NCBI RefSeq assembly: GCF_006345805.1
Contig: NC_043007.1
Span: 33,108,001 to 33,172,000 of the forward strand
Direction of reading: 5' to 3'
DNA: 64,000 nucleotides
Source: Octopus sinensis
Lineage: Eukaryota
Below the pieces are notes generated by a model. That model searched no databases. It was given only the letters and a program-made list of their open reading frames with translations, and was not told where the DNA came from. The stretch's first letter is position 1. Every line of letters starts with the position of its first letter. This document shows, one piece after another, positions 63,695 through 64,000 of this stretch. The position numbers and the translations under genes are program-made.

Positions 63695-63854
63695 AAGCTT
63701 CTTTATTTCATGATATTGGCTATGAAAACCGTACATAGAGTGGACAGTACAAGGCGGGGGGAAAAAATAAAACGAATGGAAGGGATGAATTAAATATGAT
63801 GAAGGATGAAACGAAGCCGTTCGGCTCCACCTCCGAGCGACTTCACTGAACCTG

Positions 63855-64000
63855 TTAACCCTTTTGTTACCATATTTCTGTTGAGATGCTCTGTGTTTCT
63901 TTCAATTAATTCAAATATAAAAAGAATTTAATAAAATAACTTAGTTGCCATTAAGTTAGTGTTAAGAACTTAAATTGTGATTGAAGTTTGGTGGAAGATT
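63855..64000 (+). mobile_element. Possible piggyBac-type MITE left end
   Basis: TTAA|CCCTT start only; the other end is outside the window. Confidence 0.35.

Overview
Repeat-saturated, AT-rich eukaryotic DNA, probably intronic or intergenic. The tRNA-derived SINE families and very high microsatellite load suggest an octopus or other coleoid cephalopod (inference). No intact host protein-coding gene is supported, and most listed ORFs are translations of microsatellites. Contents: >30 copies or fragments of at least 4 modular tRNA-derived SINE families, including an 8 x ~184 bp SINE-body array; decayed LINEs (Tx1/L1-like, R4/Dong-like, RTE, CR1); Tc1/mariner, pogo/Tigger and Helitron-type remnants; a 5'-clipped tRNA-Glu; a variant tRNA-Asp; and a 100-N gap. 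Two signals stand out. (1) About 16 type-I hammerhead-ribozyme-shaped motifs from several unrelated families, with palindromic stem III, variant cores (CCGAnGA, CUGUnGA, compensatory UUGAAAA) and sometimes huge stem II. They sit in Penelope-style inverted repeats and in a 146-nt retrozyme-like tandem unit. (2) A ~120-140-nt five-helix RNA fold that recurs 4 times with largely different sequence but preserved pairing and that I cannot assign to a known family. All alignments and folds were done by eye.
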